64,000 nt of DNA from Dehalococcoidia bacterium (lineage in GTDB: Bacteria > Chloroflexota > Dehalococcoidia > Bin125): positions 352,001 to 416,000 of the forward strand of contig CAXXSR010000001.1 of the NCBI GenBank assembly GCA_963662615.2, given 5' to 3'. Positions 61,614-64,000 of this stretch are shown in pieces. Made by a program: the position numbers and the translations under genes. The notes under the pieces are model-generated. The model was not told the DNA's origin and made no database searches. It worked only from the letters and a program-made list of their open reading frames with translations. Within the stretch, counting starts at the first letter, position 1. Each line of letters begins with the position of its first letter.

Positions 61614-62321
61614 GTGAGTGCGTTGAGGGAAGGATGGGGAAGAGGTCATAGGGGTGGCGCGCGGGCGGTCGTTTGGCTGTTCATCGCGGCGCTGACCCTC
61701 TTGTTCGTCGCCTGTGGAGACGACACGCCCTCCGAGGCCGCTCACGACGTCGACGAGCACGGCGGTGGCACGAGCTTGCTCGTCGTGAAGTCCGCCGAGA
61801 AGGGCGCGCCGCTGCCCGAAACCCTGGCTGAGCAACTTCGGAGCTTCGAGCACGTGGTGGAGGTTGAGGGATACATCCGGCTGCGGATGGAGGGCTTTGA
61901 CGTCGTCGGTGTGGAGCCGGCCGCGCCCATGCGGATCATGACGGGTCAGCCAGACGTGCATTTGATCGAGGCGGAGCTGTCGGACGGAGCCGTTCTGCGA
62001 GCGGGAGATGCCGACAAGGACGTCGTGCTGGCGGGAGAGCTGCTTGCGCAGGAGTCGGGCGTCGAGACGGGAGCAGCGTTCCGATTGGCGGATCCGGAGT
62101 ACGCGCTGACCGTGGGCGGCACGTTCTCGACCGAGCCGGCGTCGCTCTCGCGCGCGCTGATCATGCCGCTGGCCTTGGTCCAAAAGATCTACGGCAAGGA
62201 GGGGCAGGTGACGCATTTCTGGGTCACGGTTGATTCAACTGAGAATTCGCACGACGTGATCCGGGCGGTGCAGCTCGCCCTCGGAGAGTCGGTGCAGGTG
62301 CAGGCTCGGACACATTCGTGA
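61614..62321 (+). CDS. Lipoprotein resembling a stand-alone MacB-like periplasmic core domain
   Basis: FVAC lipobox; VVGVEP, VVLAGELLA, LTVGGTF, LIMPLALVQKI; no FtsX TM segments. Confidence 0.6.
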   Translation: MSALREGWGRGHRGGARAVVWLFIAALTLLFVACGDDTPSEAAHDVDEHGGGTSLLVVKSAEKGAPLPETLAEQLRSFEHVVEVEGYIRLRMEGFDVVGVEPAAPMRIMTGQPDVHLIEAELSDGAVLRAGDADKDVVLAGELLAQESGVETGAAFRLADPEYALTVGGTFSTEPASLSRALIMPLALVQKIYGKEGQVTHFWVTVDSTENSHDVIRAVQLALGESVQVQARTHS

Positions 62322-62524
62322 GAGGGGTGGGGCTCAGGGCCGTTGGCGTCGCGACCGGGCTGGCGGCGGGCGGGGTGCGACCTCACCCCCTGGCCCCCTC
62401 TCCATCGCAGAGCGATGGAGAGGGGGAGCAATCGATATCGTCCTTCGACAGGCTCAGGGTGAGCGGCTTGTGGCGCAGCGCGGCGGCGGCGAGTCGCGGG
62501 CGGCCGGAGCGCGATGTCTCGGCG

Positions 62525-63445
62525 TCAGGGGAGGGGATCGGCGCGGGCCTGCTGTCCCGACCAGAGCGGCGGCTCTTGCGCGAGGCGATGCGCGAGATGG
62601 TCTAGAACCTCGCCGTTGCTGAGGACGCACTCATGGTTGAAGTTGGCGTCCTGGCATCCCGGGATGAGCAGCAGCCCCTCCCAGGGGGAGAAGGCATCAT
62701 CCGTCTGCGCCGCCGCGAAGGGGACGATGACATCCAGGAAATTGGCGTACTGGACGAAGTCGGCGCGGAGGACGCCGTGCCGCATGCGGGCAACTTCGCC
62801 GCCGTCCTGGAGGTCGGTCCCGGCGTGGCTGGCGAGGATATCGACCAGTGGCGCGGTCGGGATTGATATCGCTTCGAATCCGTCCACGGGGCTGTCGAAG
62901 GTGACGATCATGCGGACGTGGCTGAGCATGGCGGCGTCGGCGTCGCCGGCCCAGTGGGCGGCGACGGCGCCGCCGAGGCTGTGCGCGAGGAGGACGATTT
63001 CGGGAGGGCCGGCGTCGCTGGGCCAGTCGGCGACGGCTTGGCGGAGCTGGAGTTCGAGCGCGCGAGCGGAGTCGTTGAGGGCTTGGCGCGTGGTGCTGCG
63101 GAGGTAGACGCCGCCGTCGGCGGCGTAGCTGAAGGCCATGGCGCGATGATCGGGAAACATGGCCCGCAGGGCCGAGGGGAAGACGTTGGTGACGCGTGTG
63201 ACGGGATGCACGGGGGAGTCGGCCCGGACGTTGAAGCGGACGCCGGGCAGGTAGAGGACGATGCCGCGCAGCGCCGCTACGTCGGTGTCGCCGTCGCCGG
63301 GGGGGCCGAATTCAGGGGCGGGCGGCCCGTTGACTCGCAGCGAGGGGGAGTCGTCATCGGTAATGGTGGGCCAGAGGACGGCGAGCGCGATGCCGACCAT
63401 GGCGGCCGCGATGACAAAGAAGAGGATGAGCAGTCGGCGGATCAC
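62525..63445 (-). CDS. Membrane-anchored alpha/beta hydrolase (lipase/esterase-like)
   Basis: N-terminal TM; YLPG, LAHSLGG, VTFDSPVDG, NHE. Confidence 0.8.
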   Translation of the reverse strand: MIRRLLILFFVIAAAMVGIALAVLWPTITDDDSPSLRVNGPPAPEFGPPGDGDTDVAALRGIVLYLPGVRFNVRADSPVHPVTRVTNVFPSALRAMFPDHRAMAFSYAADGGVYLRSTTRQALNDSARALELQLRQAVADWPSDAGPPEIVLLAHSLGGAVAAHWAGDADAAMLSHVRMIVTFDSPVDGFEAISIPTAPLVDILASHAGTDLQDGGEVARMRHGVLRADFVQYANFLDVIVPFAAAQTDDAFSPWEGLLLIPGCQDANFNHECVLSNGEVLDHLAHRLAQEPPLWSGQQARADPLP

Positions 63446-63636
63446 GGCGACGGTCCTTCGTGGGCGTTGGTGGCAGTGGTGGGTGGCGCGATTCCGTCCT
63501 CTGGCTCGGTAGAGGAAGGCGCGGCGGGGTGTTCGTCAGTCGACGCGGGCGAGACCGTATCGTCGTCGCCACTGTCGCAGGCTGCCGCGGCGAGCAGGGT
63601 GATGGAGCAGAGGGCAAGGAGGAAGGGCGTGCGCAC
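63442..63636 (-). CDS. Small low-complexity lipoprotein
   Basis: GGAGGT RBS with GTG start; LLAAAAC lipobox; GTGA overlap with the next gene. Confidence 0.55.
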   Translation of the reverse strand: MRTPFLLALCSITLLAAAACDSGDDDTVSPASTDEHPAAPSSTEPEDGIAPPTTATNAHEGPSP

Positions 63637-63797
63637 CGTCGATACCTCCGGCTCACTGTAAAGGACGCCGCCCGCCCCCGATCCGTTCCCCGGCGCCGGG
63701 CCGGCCACCTGGGGCGAAACGGGTCGCGCGCTGCACGCAGCCGGTCCGCTCCCCTACGATGAGCGTCGTGGCCGGCGGGGGGAGAGGTGCGCGGAGC

Positions 63798-64000
63798 ATG
63801 TGGGGCTCTCGCCGCCCAGGCCCGATCCTTGTCGCGGCCGTCATCGTCGTCGCCGTCATCGTCGTCGCCGGCCTTGCGATTCTCGCTACGGGATCGCCCA
63901 GCGTCCGCGCGCAGGGGCCCGACGAGACGGTGTCCGCGGCAGTGCCGCTGGAGCCGGGGACGCTGGCGACGGTCGTTGACGACGGCAGCTGCCTGCGCTT
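63798..64000 (+). CDS. Secreted protein, 3'-truncated by window edge (possible SH3-like domain start)
   Basis: MWGSRRPGPILVAAVIVV...VRAQ signal peptide; ...ATVVDDGSCLR. Confidence 0.6.
   Translation, partial: MWGSRRPGPILVAAVIVVAVIVVAGLAILATGSPSVRAQGPDETVSAAVPLEPGTLATVVDDGSCLR

Noticed and set aside
63354-63445. Read-through joining the small lipoprotein to the hydrolase
   Set aside because: Different frames with a normal GTGA overlap; the hydrolase has its own N-terminal anchor

Overview
High-GC bacterial chromosome window. The gene repertoire and surface-protein style suggest Chloroflexota (Dehalococcoidia-like); this is inference only. It holds about 60 CDS: miaB, an NrtR-like NUDIX regulator, sucCD, amidohydrolases, a PLP aminotransferase, a K+ channel, an ECF sigma factor, HDOD, FapA and GGDEF-EAL proteins, and many secreted or lipoproteins. 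There are also two toxin-antitoxin loci (HigB with a HigA-IrrE fusion; HicAB) and two tRNA-Ser genes (GCT, TGA). I saw no rRNA, CRISPR/cas, integrase or transposase. The most unusual structure is mostly non-coding: (1) a ~137-bp array of tRNA-Ser 3'-halves, each carrying a ~32-nt substitution in the T arm, plus a distant pseudo-tRNA copy, together bracketing a protease gene; (2) modular REP/BIME-like repeat families, whose two asymmetric members appear only in one orientation and one of which has entered a coding sequence; (3) two cases of a duplicated promoter plus 5' coding cassette placed in front of an unrelated gene; (4) an unnamed ~75-aa module shared by three exported proteins; (5) several single-site lesions (miaB-nrtR read-through, fapA poly-C frameshift, hicA start loss). 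All calls are by-eye motif recognition; no database searches were run.
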